From an uncultured Gemmatimonadaceae bacterium (lineage in GTDB: Bacteria; Gemmatimonadota; Gemmatimonadetes; Gemmatimonadales; Gemmatimonadaceae), in the NCBI GenBank assembly GCA_963822945.1, contig CAWGJO010000014.1:14456-78455 (forward strand): a DNA stretch of 64,000 nt, read 5' to 3'. This document shows positions 24,144 to 32,558 of the stretch, piece by piece. A program made the position numbers and the translations under genes. The notes under the pieces were generated by a model that worked only from the letters and a program-made list of their open reading frames with translations, was not told where the DNA came from and made no database searches. Positions within the stretch are counted from its first letter, which is position 1. The number at the start of each line of letters is the position of its first letter.

Positions 24144-24743
24144 TCACTCCTCGCCGAGCTGGAAGCGCACGAAGCGCTTCACCTGGATGTTCTCGCCGGT
24201 CTTGGCGGACACTTCCTTCACGAGATCGCCGATCGTCTTCTTGGGCTCGCGCACCCACGGCTGATCGAGCAGGGTCACTTCCTTGAAGAAGGCCTGCATC
24301 TTGCCGTCGACGATCTTCTGGACCATGGCGTCGGGCTTGCCCGCGGCGCGGGTCTGCTCCTCGGCGATGCGGCGTTCGGACTCGATCTTCTCCGCCGGAA
24401 TACCGTTCTGGTCCACGGCCATCGGCGCGCTGGCGGCGACGTGCTCGGCGACGTGCTTGGCGAGCTGCTTGAAATCGTCGGTGCGCGCCACGAAGTCGGT
24501 CTCGCAGTTGAGCTCGACGAGCACGGCTACCCGGCCGTTGTGATGCACGTAGTGGCCGATGATGCCCTCGCTCGTGGTGCGGCCGGCCCGCTTCTCGGCC
24601 TTGGCGACACCGCGCTTGCGGAGGTTCTCCACCGCCTGATCGATATTCCCGCCCGTCTCGTCGAGGGCTTTCTTGCAGTCCATCATGCCGGCGCCGGTCC
24701 GCTGGCGCAGCGTCTGGACGTCCTTTGCACTGAACGTAGCCAT
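24144..24743 (-). CDS. tsf: Elongation factor Ts, short (199 aa) form
   Basis: LRQRTGAGMMDCKKAL, ELNCETDFVA, RFVRFQLGE. Confidence 0.97.
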   Translation of the reverse strand: MATFSAKDVQTLRQRTGAGMMDCKKALDETGGNIDQAVENLRKRGVAKAEKRAGRTTSEGIIGHYVHHNGRVAVLVELNCETDFVARTDDFKQLAKHVAEHVAASAPMAVDQNGIPAEKIESERRIAEEQTRAAGKPDAMVQKIVDGKMQAFFKEVTLLDQPWVREPKKTIGDLVKEVSAKTGENIQVKRFVRFQLGEE

Positions 24744-24903
24744 GAAGTTGTTGTCCGTCGTTGTCCGCGGCGTTCGCGGAGATTGAAATTGCCGTTCTAC
24801 GGTCTGAGTCGTGGAAACGCCGCCAGCGCGAGCCGGCGGCGTCTGTCGAATTTACTGCGGCAGGCGCCGCGACCGGGCGGCCCCATGGGCCGCCGATCCG
24901 GAG

Positions 24904-25833
24904 CTATTCGGCAGGCGTCGCGTCGCCACCCTCGGTCGACGCCTCTGCCTCTGCGGAATCCCCTGCGGTGTCGCCACCCTCCCCGGTGGTCCGGAGTCGA
25001 GCGGCGATGGCTTCGGGCTTGGCGCGGCGGCGGCGCGGACGGCGGCGGCGCTTCCGTTCGGCCTCGCCTTCGGCCGGCTCGGCGCCGCGATCGGAGCTGT
25101 ACGTGTAGCTCTCGCCTTCCTCGACTTCCTCCCGGGCCGGCGCCTCGCGGCGCGCCTCGGAGATCGTCGCCGCAATGGCGTTGGCGATCAACTCCACCGA
25201 CCGGATCGCGTCGTCGTTGCCGGCGATCGGCACGGTGATGAGATCGGGATCGGCGTTGGTATCGACCACCGCGATGATCGGGATGTTCAGCTTGTTGGCC
25301 TCGGCCACCGCGATGCGCTCCTTCTTGGAGTCCACCACGAACATGAGGCCCGGCAGCCGCGACATGCCGCGGACGCCGCCGAGGTACTTGGTCAGCTTGT
25401 CGCGCTCCCGCGACATCATCAGCTGTTCCTTCTTCGTGTAGTTCTCGAACTCGCCGCCCGATTCCGATCCCGCTTCGAGCTCCTTCATGCGGCGCAGCTG
25501 CTTCTTGACCGTCTGGAAGTTGGTGAGCAGTCCGCCGAGCCACCGTTCGGTGATGTACTGGGCGCCGCAGTTCTCCGCGGCCTGCTTGACCAGACCCGCG
25601 AGCTGGGTCTTGGTGCAGACGAAGAGCACGGTCTCGCCGCGCAGGATGACCTCACGGGCCAGCTTCTGCGCGAGCTCGAGCTGGCGCAGCGTCTGCTGGA
25701 GGTCGATGATGTGGATCCCGTTGCGCTCCGCGAAGATGAAGCGGCGCATCTTGGGATTCCAACGGCGGGTCTGGTGTCCGAAATGGACACCGGCGGCGAG
25801 CAACTGCTCGAGCGTGAGCTGCGAATCGGGCAT
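24904..25833 (-). CDS. rpsB: 30S ribosomal protein S2 with long C-terminal tail
   Basis: GVHFGHQTRRWNPKM, RWLGGLLTNF, DTNADPD, GNDDA. Confidence 0.98.
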   Translation of the reverse strand: MPDSQLTLEQLLAAGVHFGHQTRRWNPKMRRFIFAERNGIHIIDLQQTLRQLELAQKLAREVILRGETVLFVCTKTQLAGLVKQAAENCGAQYITERWLGGLLTNFQTVKKQLRRMKELEAGSESGGEFENYTKKEQLMMSRERDKLTKYLGGVRGMSRLPGLMFVVDSKKERIAVAEANKLNIPIIAVVDTNADPDLITVPIAGNDDAIRSVELIANAIAATISEARREAPAREEVEEGESYTYSSDRGAEPAEGEAERKRRRRPRRRRAKPEAIAARLRTTGEGGDTAGDSAEAEASTEGGDATPAE

Positions 25834-25855
25834 GGTGCGTGACGTCCCTCGAAAT

Positions 25856-25933
25856 GGTTTGATCGTCCGCTTCCGTCAGCGCCCGCCGCGAACCGGCGTG
25901 CCGGCACCCGCGTGGGCTCGAGAAGCGTGTGAG
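25856..25933 (-). ncRNA. rpsB (S2) leader, t44-like cis-regulatory RNA
   Basis: Minus strand CACAC-GCTTC...GGGTGCCGG-CACG-CCGG...GGAAGCG-GA...AAACC; same element order as I recall for the E. coli rpsB leader. Confidence 0.7.
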
Positions 25934-25967
25934 ATGAACTGCCCGCCAACCGTGGCCGGGATTCCCG

Positions 25968-25990
25968 CCCGGGAGCGTCGCACTCCCGGG
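25968..25990. repeat. 8-bp perfect inverted repeat after rpsI (no U-tract)
   Basis: CCCGGGAG-N7-CTCCCGGG. Confidence 0.6.
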
Positions 25991-26010
25991 TCGGAACCGG
26001 CGGCGTGAGG

Positions 26011-26406
26011 TTAGCGCTTGCTGAACTGGAACCGCTTGCGTGCTTTCGGACGGCCCGGCTTCTTGCGTTCCACCGCGCGGGCGTCACGCGTCAGGAGGCC
26101 GAGGTCGCGCAGCTTGCGCCGGTGCTCTTCGTCGATCTTGACGAGGGCCCGCGCCACCGCGAGACGGAGCGCGCCGGCCTGGCCGTTCTGGCCGCCGCCT
26201 TCGCACTTCGCCTTGACGTCGAAGCGGCCGAGCGTGTCGGTCGCCGTGAACGGCTGCTGAATGGCCGAGACCAGCGTCGGCCGCGGGAAGTAGTCGCCGA
26301 GCGTGCGCCCGTTGACGTCCCACTTGCCCGAGCCGGGCTTGAGGTAGACGCGGCACACCGCTTCCTTGCGGCGGCCGATCGCGTGAATCGTCGTCGTGTC
26401 GGCCAT
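26011..26406 (-). CDS. rpsI: 30S ribosomal protein S9
   Basis: GRRKEAV, GGGQNGQAGA, ERKKPG..KARKRFQFSKR. Confidence 0.98.
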   Translation of the reverse strand: MADTTTIHAIGRRKEAVCRVYLKPGSGKWDVNGRTLGDYFPRPTLVSAIQQPFTATDTLGRFDVKAKCEGGGQNGQAGALRLAVARALVKIDEEHRRKLRDLGLLTRDARAVERKKPGRPKARKRFQFSKR

Positions 26407-26855
26407 TACTTCGTCTCACTCATCTTGATGGGAAGCGGCGTCGGCTGCTGCGCCGCATGCGGATGCTCGGGGCCGGCGTAGACGCGCAGTTTCCCGCGCA
26501 ACACCTGGCGGCCGAGGGCGGTCTTCGGCAGCATGCCATGGACCGCCTTCTCGATCACCCGCTCCGGATGCTTGGCCAGCATCGTCGCGAACGGCGTGAA
26601 CCGCTCGTGTCCCATGTAGCCGGTATGCGTGAAGTAGCGCTTCTGCTCGGCCTTGCGACCGGTCACCTTCACCTTGGCCGCGTTGATGACAATCACATTG
26701 TCACCGGTGTCCATGTGCGGCGTGAAGATGGGCTTGTGCTTGCCGCGAATCACCTTCGCGATCTCGGACGCGAGCCGGCCGAGCACCATGCCCTCCGCGT
26801 CCACGATGAACCACCGCTGCTCGATGTCGCGCGGGGTGGCGCTGAACGTCTTCAT
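26406..26855 (-). CDS. rplM: 50S ribosomal protein L13
   Basis: [41 protein letters not shown]. Confidence 0.98.
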   Translation of the reverse strand: MKTFSATPRDIEQRWFIVDAEGMVLGRLASEIAKVIRGKHKPIFTPHMDTGDNVIVINAAKVKVTGRKAEQKRYFTHTGYMGHERFTPFATMLAKHPERVIEKAVHGMLPKTALGRQVLRGKLRVYAGPEHPHAAQQPTPLPIKMSETK

Positions 26856-26949
26856 TGAAACCCTGACGAACGATGTGGGTGCTGCGCCTCACCGGTGCGG
26901 GTTGCAACCCGGGTCTCGGCCGCCCTGAGGGCGTTTTATACAGACCCCT

Positions 26950-26978
26950 AAGCTACGCAAGCACTTAGCGCCTGTCAA
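26950..26978 (-). promoter_or_regulatory. Sigma70-type promoter of the rplM operon
   Basis: TTGACA-N17-TAGCTT. Confidence 0.8.
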
Positions 26979-26986
26979 CGCAGCCG

Positions 26987-28225
26987 TCACTCGCTCGGCA
27001 CGTCCGACACCGACTGCTCGAACACCACCCCGCGCGCCTCCGGCCCCACCGCCGTCAGGAAGGCGATGGCGATGGCCATCACCGCCGCCACGATTGCCAG
27101 CGCCTCGCCGTAGTTGCCCCCCCGGCGTTCGGCGATTCCCGCCTGGATAGTGGCGTTGGCCGACGCCAGGAAGTTCCCCAACTGGTAGGCGAATCCGGGG
27201 AAGGTTCCCCGCACCTCGTTCGGCGACAACTCATTCAGATGCACGGGGATCACGCCCCAGGCCCCCTGCACCGCCACCTGCATGCAGAAGGCGCCGATGG
27301 CCAGCACCACCACGCCGGTCGCCATGCTCCAGAGCGGAATCATGACCAGGCCGAATAGCGCCGCCAGGACGATGGCCGACCGGCGCCCGATCCGCTCCGA
27401 GAGGGTGCCGAAGAAGATGCCGCCCGTGATCGCGCCCACCTGCATGATGATCGTGATCAGGCTGACCCGGGTGGGATCGAAGTGGTGCTGGCTCTGTAGG
27501 AAGGTCGGGTACAGGTCCTGCGTGCCGTGGCTGAAGAAGTTGAACGCCGTCATCAGCAACACCACGTACAGGAACAGCTTCCAGTTGGTGCGGATCGAAC
27601 GGAGGAGTCCGCCCTGCGGCTTGGCCCGGACCTTTTCCCAGACCGGCGACTCCTCGACGTTGCGCCGGATGTAGAGCACGAGCAGCGCCGGAATGACGCC
27701 CACGGCGAACATGCCGCGCCATCCGATGGTCTGGAACAGCACGCCGTACACCACCGCCGCCAGCAGATACCCGAAGGCGTAGCCCTCCTGCAGGATGCCC
27801 GAGACGAGCCCGCGCGCCTTCGGCGGAATCGATTCCATGGCCAGCGACGCGCCGATGCCCCACTCACCGCCCATCGCGAATCCGAACGCCGCCCGCAGGA
27901 TCATCAGCACCAGGAGCGACGGCGCGAACGCCGACGCCAGTTCCAGCACGGAGAACAGGACGATGTCGATCATCAGAATCGGCCGGCGCCCGAACCGGTC
28001 GGCCAGCAGGCCGAACACCAGGGCCCCCAGCGGCCGCATGGCCAGCGTGAGCGTGATGGCGATGGTCACCGTCTTGACGTCGGTGCCGAACTCCTGCGCG
28101 ATCGCGCGCAGCATGAACACCATCAGGAAGAAATCGAACGCGTCGAGCGTCCAGCCGAGGAAGCTGGCCACGAAGGCGCTGCGCTGCTGACGGTTCAGCT
28201 GGCCGAGTTCGGTGAACACACCCAT
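26987..28225 (-). CDS. MFS carboxylate:H+ symporter (SHS family, NanT/Jen1-like)
   Basis: GWTLDAFDFF, GLLADRFGRR, MGGEWG, NFFSHGTQDLYPTF, LNELSP..VRGTFPG..YQLGN; GGAGG RBS. Confidence 0.85.
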   Translation of the reverse strand: MGVFTELGQLNRQQRSAFVASFLGWTLDAFDFFLMVFMLRAIAQEFGTDVKTVTIAITLTLAMRPLGALVFGLLADRFGRRPILMIDIVLFSVLELASAFAPSLLVLMILRAAFGFAMGGEWGIGASLAMESIPPKARGLVSGILQEGYAFGYLLAAVVYGVLFQTIGWRGMFAVGVIPALLVLYIRRNVEESPVWEKVRAKPQGGLLRSIRTNWKLFLYVVLLMTAFNFFSHGTQDLYPTFLQSQHHFDPTRVSLITIIMQVGAITGGIFFGTLSERIGRRSAIVLAALFGLVMIPLWSMATGVVVLAIGAFCMQVAVQGAWGVIPVHLNELSPNEVRGTFPGFAYQLGNFLASANATIQAGIAERRGGNYGEALAIVAAVMAIAIAFLTAVGPEARGVVFEQSVSDVPSE

Positions 28226-28287
28226 CTGGAGCCTCCGTACGGGGTTGCGGTGGTTCGGACGAGCGACGCGCCACTCGCGCCGGCGCC

Positions 28288-28316
28288 AGCGTAGCCCGCG
28301 GGACGGTGGCCGTCAA
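28288..28316 (-). promoter_or_regulatory. Sigma70-type promoter of the MFS gene
   Basis: TTGACG-N17-TACGCT. Confidence 0.65.
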
Positions 28317-28358
28317 TGAGGCGCGGGCAACTCGGCACGGGAACGCATGGCGCGGACG

Positions 28359-28414
28359 CCTTTACCCGCCCGTTACGAAGCCCGACGAGCATCGTGACAG
28401 GTCCGATCTAGCCT
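28359..28414 (+). promoter_or_regulatory. Pho-box-like array and -10 element upstream of porin-pstS
   Basis: 7-mers at 11-bp period: CCTTTAC 28359, CCGTTAC 28370, CCCGACG 28381, TCGTGAC 28392; then 10 nt and TAGCCT at 28409. Confidence 0.6.
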
Positions 28415-28482
28415 TGGGAGCATCGGACGGACCCGCCGTTCCGAATGCGTCACCACTCCGATTCCATCCCTTGCGAGCTCCT

Positions 28483-29571
28483 ATGCGAACTCTCTCTCGT
28501 CTGGCCGTCGCCGCCGCCTTCGTCGCCGTTGGCGCGACGGGCGCCGCGGCCCAAACCACCGTCACGATCCCCCTCAAGTTCTCGGGAGTCGTATACGCGG
28601 ACTGGCAGAACGGCGGCACCAAGGCACAGCGCGCGATGAACAAGTTCGACCTCACGCGGGCGTACCTCAACTTCGTGATGCCGGCCGGCGACAACGTGAC
28701 CGTGCGCGTCACCACCGATGTGCTCAACAACCCGGCCTCCGGATACAACGGGTGGCAGGCCCGCATGAAGTACGCCTTCATGGAATGGTCGGCCTGGCAG
28801 GACAAGGGCACCAATCCCGCGTCGCTCAAGTTCCGCTTCGGCCTCGAGCAGACGCCGGAAATCGACATGATGGAGAGCTTCTGGCAGCGCGGGATCACCA
28901 ACACCCCGATCGACTTCCTCGGCTTCGTGCCGTCGTCGGATCTCGGCGCCGTCGCGATCTACAACCTCCCCGGCAAGATGGGCCAGTTCTACGGCGGGGT
29001 CTTCAACGGCAACGGGTACGGCTCCACCGAAACCAACCGCTTCAAGAACGTCAACGTCCGCTTCAGTTGGACGCCCCTCATGACCTCCACCGGGGCCGGC
29101 TGGTTCAAGGGCCTGCAGATCAGCCCCTACTATCAGAAGGGGTACACGGCCAGCAACTTCGACGCGACCGGCCCGGGGCTGCAGCACGACCTGTGGGGTG
29201 TCCACGTCGGCGTGAAGGATCCCCGGCTGACGGTCGTCGGTGAGTACGACAGCCGCACCAATGGCGCCGATACGCCCGTCAGCGCGAACGTGACCACGAC
29301 GACCGGCGCCGTGTACTCGGCGTTCACGATCTTCCGGCCGCTGGCGTTCATGAACAACACGCCGACCAATCCCTGGTCGATCGTGCTGCGCGCCGATCAG
29401 TACAAGCCGAACACCAACGTGAGCGCCTACCAGCGCTTCCTCATCGGCGGCGTCGGCTACGACATCAGCAGCAAGGTCACGGTGTACGCCGACTATCAGG
29501 ACATCGAGGGCCACAGCGGCAACACGTCGGACGTCAAGGCGTTCTACTTCCACTTCATCATGGGCTTCTAG
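28483..29571 (+). CDS. Outer-membrane beta-barrel porin, probably phosphate-related
   Basis: Signal peptide MRTLSRLAVAAAF...AAAQ, KFDLTRAYLNF, RMKYAF, GVFNGNG, terminal Phe; first gene of the pst operon. Confidence 0.75.
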   Translation: MRTLSRLAVAAAFVAVGATGAAAQTTVTIPLKFSGVVYADWQNGGTKAQRAMNKFDLTRAYLNFVMPAGDNVTVRVTTDVLNNPASGYNGWQARMKYAFMEWSAWQDKGTNPASLKFRFGLEQTPEIDMMESFWQRGITNTPIDFLGFVPSSDLGAVAIYNLPGKMGQFYGGVFNGNGYGSTETNRFKNVNVRFSWTPLMTSTGAGWFKGLQISPYYQKGYTASNFDATGPGLQHDLWGVHVGVKDPRLTVVGEYDSRTNGADTPVSANVTTTTGAVYSAFTIFRPLAFMNNTPTNPWSIVLRADQYKPNTNVSAYQRFLIGGVGYDISSKVTVYADYQDIEGHSGNTSDVKAFYFHFIMGF

Positions 29572-29604
29572 CCCCATCTCTCGCCTTTCGAGGACCAACG
29601 ACTC

Positions 29605-30622
29605 ATGAAGCGTTTCCTTCTCGCAGTAGTCGCCCTGGCCGCCATCGGCGCGCCAGCCGCGGCGCAGGACCTGACCGGCGCGGGGTCGAGCTTCGCCGCG
29701 CCGATCTACAACAAGTGGGCGGACACTTACGCCAAGAAGACCGGCGTCAAGATCAACTACGCGTCGGTCGGTTCCGGCGCCGGCATCCGCCAGATTTCCG
29801 AGCAGACCGTCGACTTCGGCGCCACCGACGGGCCGATGACGGATGCGCAGATGGCGCAGGCCAAGGGCGGACCCATCCTGCACATCCCCACCGTGATCGG
29901 CGCCGTCGCGATCTCCTACAACCTGCCGAGCGTCAAGCAGCACCTGAAGATGACGGGCCCGTTGCTGGCCGACATCTATCTCGGCAAGGTCACCAAGTGG
30001 AACGATCCGAGGATCCAGCAGATCAACCCGGGCGTGGCGCTGCCGAACAAGAACATCGTTGTGGTCCACCGGTCGGACGGAAGTGGTACGACCTACATCG
30101 TCACCGACTACCTGTCGAACGTGAGTCCGGCATGGGCCAACGGCCCCGGCAAGGCCACGGCGATTCAGTGGCCGGTGGGTCTCGGCGCCAAGGGCAATGA
30201 AGGCGTCGCGGGCCAGGTGCGGCAGATCGAGGGCGCCATCGGCTACGTCGAGCTGGCGTACGTGCTCACCAACCACATGACCTACTGCCTGCTGCAGAAC
30301 AAGGACGGCAAGTGGGTGGCGCCGTCGCTCGCCGGCGCTACCGACGCGGCCGCGGGTACGGCGGCCAAGCTGCCCGCCAACTCCGACTTCCGCATCTCGA
30401 TCGTGAACTCGCCGGGTGCGGGCTCCTATCCGATCTCCTCGTTCACCTGGATCCTGATGTACAAGCACCAGGCGAACGCCGCCAAGGGCAAGAAGCTCGT
30501 CGACTTCATCCGCTGGGCCATGAACAGCGGCGATCCGGAGGCCACCTCGCTCGCAGTACGCCACCCTTCCCAAGAACATGAAGGCCATGGTGCTCAAGCG
30601 GTTGCAGGAAGTGACCTACTAG
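29605..30622 (+). CDS. pstS: Phosphate-binding protein PstS (frameshift near 30553)
   Basis: LTGAGSSF, YASVGSGAG, DFGATD, HRSDGSGTT, GAKGNEGV, YPISSFTW; the normal C-terminus QYATLPKNMKAMVLKRLQEVTY* lies in the +1 frame, stop at 30620-30622. Confidence 0.93.
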
Positions 30623-30637
30623 CAGGTCCAGTCCGGC

Positions 30638-30693
30638 CCGTTACACGGCCGTTACAGAGCAGTCCGCAGGTTGTTGCGACCCAGCGCGAGCCT
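30638..30693 (+). promoter_or_regulatory. Second Pho-box-like array between pstS and pstC
   Basis: CCGTTAC 30638, CCGTTAC 30649, CAGTCCG 30660, TTGTTGC 30671; then 10 nt and GAGCCT at 30688. Confidence 0.55.
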
Positions 30694-30744
30694 TCACGTT
30701 CACTCGGGACCCCAGGTCCCCCGATGGACGTGGAGGCTTTGCCT

Positions 30745-31722
30745 TTGGAAGACGCCACTGGCGTGCAGGTGACGGACGGGCTGGCCCCCGCGGGCCCGCG
30801 CATGGAAGGGGCGGCGCTGGGCGACCGGGTCTACCGATGGCTGACCACGGGGGCCGCGCTCCTCGTTCCCCTCCTGCTCGGCTTCATTGCGTTCGAGATC
30901 TTCAAGGCGGGGTGGCCCGCCTTCCAGAAGGCCGGATGGTCTTTCTTCACATCGAGCCACTGGAACCCCGTCACCGGCGAATTCGGGGCGGCGCCGGCCA
31001 TCTTCGGCACCCTGGTCTCGTCGGCCATCGCGCTCGTCATCGCGACGCCGCTCGCCATCGGCACCGCGGTGTTCCTGTCGGAACTCGCCCCGCGCTGGGT
31101 CGCCCAGCCCATCGGCTTCCTGGTCGACCTCCTGGCCGCCATCCCGAGCGTGGTATACGGACTGTGGGGCATCTTCGCGCTCGAGCCGCTGATGCGGAGT
31201 ACCGTGGCGCCCTTCATCCAGGACACGCTGCACCTGGGCAACCTCCCGATCTTCGCCGGGGTTTCGTACGGGCCGGGCATGCTCACCGCCGGCGTGATCC
31301 TGGCCATCATGATCGTGCCGTACATCTCGGCCGTGACACGCGAGGTCCTGCTCGCCGTTCCACGCTCACAGCGTGAGGCCGCGCTCGCGCTCGGTGCCAC
31401 GCGGTGGGAGATGATTCGCGACGCGGTGATCCCGGGGGCGCGGTCGGGCATCGTGGGTGGCATCGTGCTCGGATTGGGCCGCGCGCTCGGTGAGACGATG
31501 GCCGTGACGATGGTCATCGGGAATGCGCCGAAGATCTCGGCGTCGCTGTTCTCTTCCGGCTACACGATGGCCTCGATCATCGCCAACGAATTCAGCGAGG
31601 CCAGCAGCGACGCCCATCTCTCGGCGCTGATGGCCATCGGGGCCTCGCTCATGGGCATTACGCTGATCGTCAACATCATCGCCCGCTGGCTGGTGAATCG
31701 GGTGGGAGCGCGGGTGCGATGA
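30745..31722 (+). CDS. pstC: Phosphate ABC permease PstC
   Basis: LLAAIPSVVYGLWG, REAALALGATRWE, RALGETMAV. Start uncertain: TTG 30745 lies 8 nt after GGAGG; ATG 30724 and 30802 are alternatives. Confidence 0.93.
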   Translation: MEDATGVQVTDGLAPAGPRMEGAALGDRVYRWLTTGAALLVPLLLGFIAFEIFKAGWPAFQKAGWSFFTSSHWNPVTGEFGAAPAIFGTLVSSAIALVIATPLAIGTAVFLSELAPRWVAQPIGFLVDLLAAIPSVVYGLWGIFALEPLMRSTVAPFIQDTLHLGNLPIFAGVSYGPGMLTAGVILAIMIVPYISAVTREVLLAVPRSQREAALALGATRWEMIRDAVIPGARSGIVGGIVLGLGRALGETMAVTMVIGNAPKISASLFSSGYTMASIIANEFSEASSDAHLSALMAIGASLMGITLIVNIIARWLVNRVGARVR

Positions 31723-32558
31723 TTCGCCGCAAACTGGCCAACGTGGCGATGCTCACCCTGATGTGGCTGGCGGCGGCGGTCGTGCTGCTGCCGCTGGTGC
31801 TCATCCTGTGGAACCTGTTCCAACAGGGCGCGTCGTCGGTGAACTGGGCGTTCTTCACCAAACCCACGAGTCCGCCGGACACGCCGGGCGGAGGTATGTC
31901 GAACGCGATCGTCGGCACCCTCATCCTGCTCGGCATCGCGTCGGCAGTGGGGCTGCCAGTCGGCATCGGCGCCGGCATCTACCTGGCCGAGCAGCGGTCG
32001 GCCCGCCTGGCGAGCGTGGTGCGGTTTCTGTCGGACGTCCTGAACGGGGTCCCCTCGATCGTCACCGGTATCTTCGCCTGGCAGGTGATGGTGCGGCCGG
32101 TGGGGCACTTCTCGGCGCTGGCCGGCGGCGTGGCGCTGGGCACGATGATGATCCCCCTCGCGGCCCGCACCACCGAGGAGATGATCCGGACCGTGCCCAA
32201 TTCGCTGCGCGAGGCGGCGCTCGCCCTGGGCTACACCAATTGGCGGACGTCGCTGTTCATCGTGGCCCGCACCGCGCTGCCGGGGATCGTCACCGGAGCC
32301 CTCGTGGCGCTCTCGCGCGTGGCGGGCGAGACGGCGCCGCTGCTGTTCACCGCGCTCGGGAACAACTTCTGGTCGATCGATCCGGCCAAGCCCATCGCGG
32401 CGCTTCCGCTGAATCTCTACTTCTACGCCATCAGCCCCTACGATTCCTGGCACCGGATGGCCTGGGCCGCGGCGCTGGTGCTCATCGGCCTGGTGTTGCT
32501 GATCAGTGTCGCGGCGCGCTACGCGGCACGTCCAAAATTCGGCAAGGCCGTTGACTAG
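31719..32558 (+). CDS. pstA: Phosphate ABC permease PstA
   Basis: GVPSIVTG, REAALALG, RVAGETAPLLFT. Confidence 0.94.
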   Translation: MIRRKLANVAMLTLMWLAAAVVLLPLVLILWNLFQQGASSVNWAFFTKPTSPPDTPGGGMSNAIVGTLILLGIASAVGLPVGIGAGIYLAEQRSARLASVVRFLSDVLNGVPSIVTGIFAWQVMVRPVGHFSALAGGVALGTMMIPLAARTTEEMIRTVPNSLREAALALGYTNWRTSLFIVARTALPGIVTGALVALSRVAGETAPLLFTALGNNFWSIDPAKPIAALPLNLYFYAISPYDSWHRMAWAAALVLIGLVLLISVAARYAARPKFGKAVD

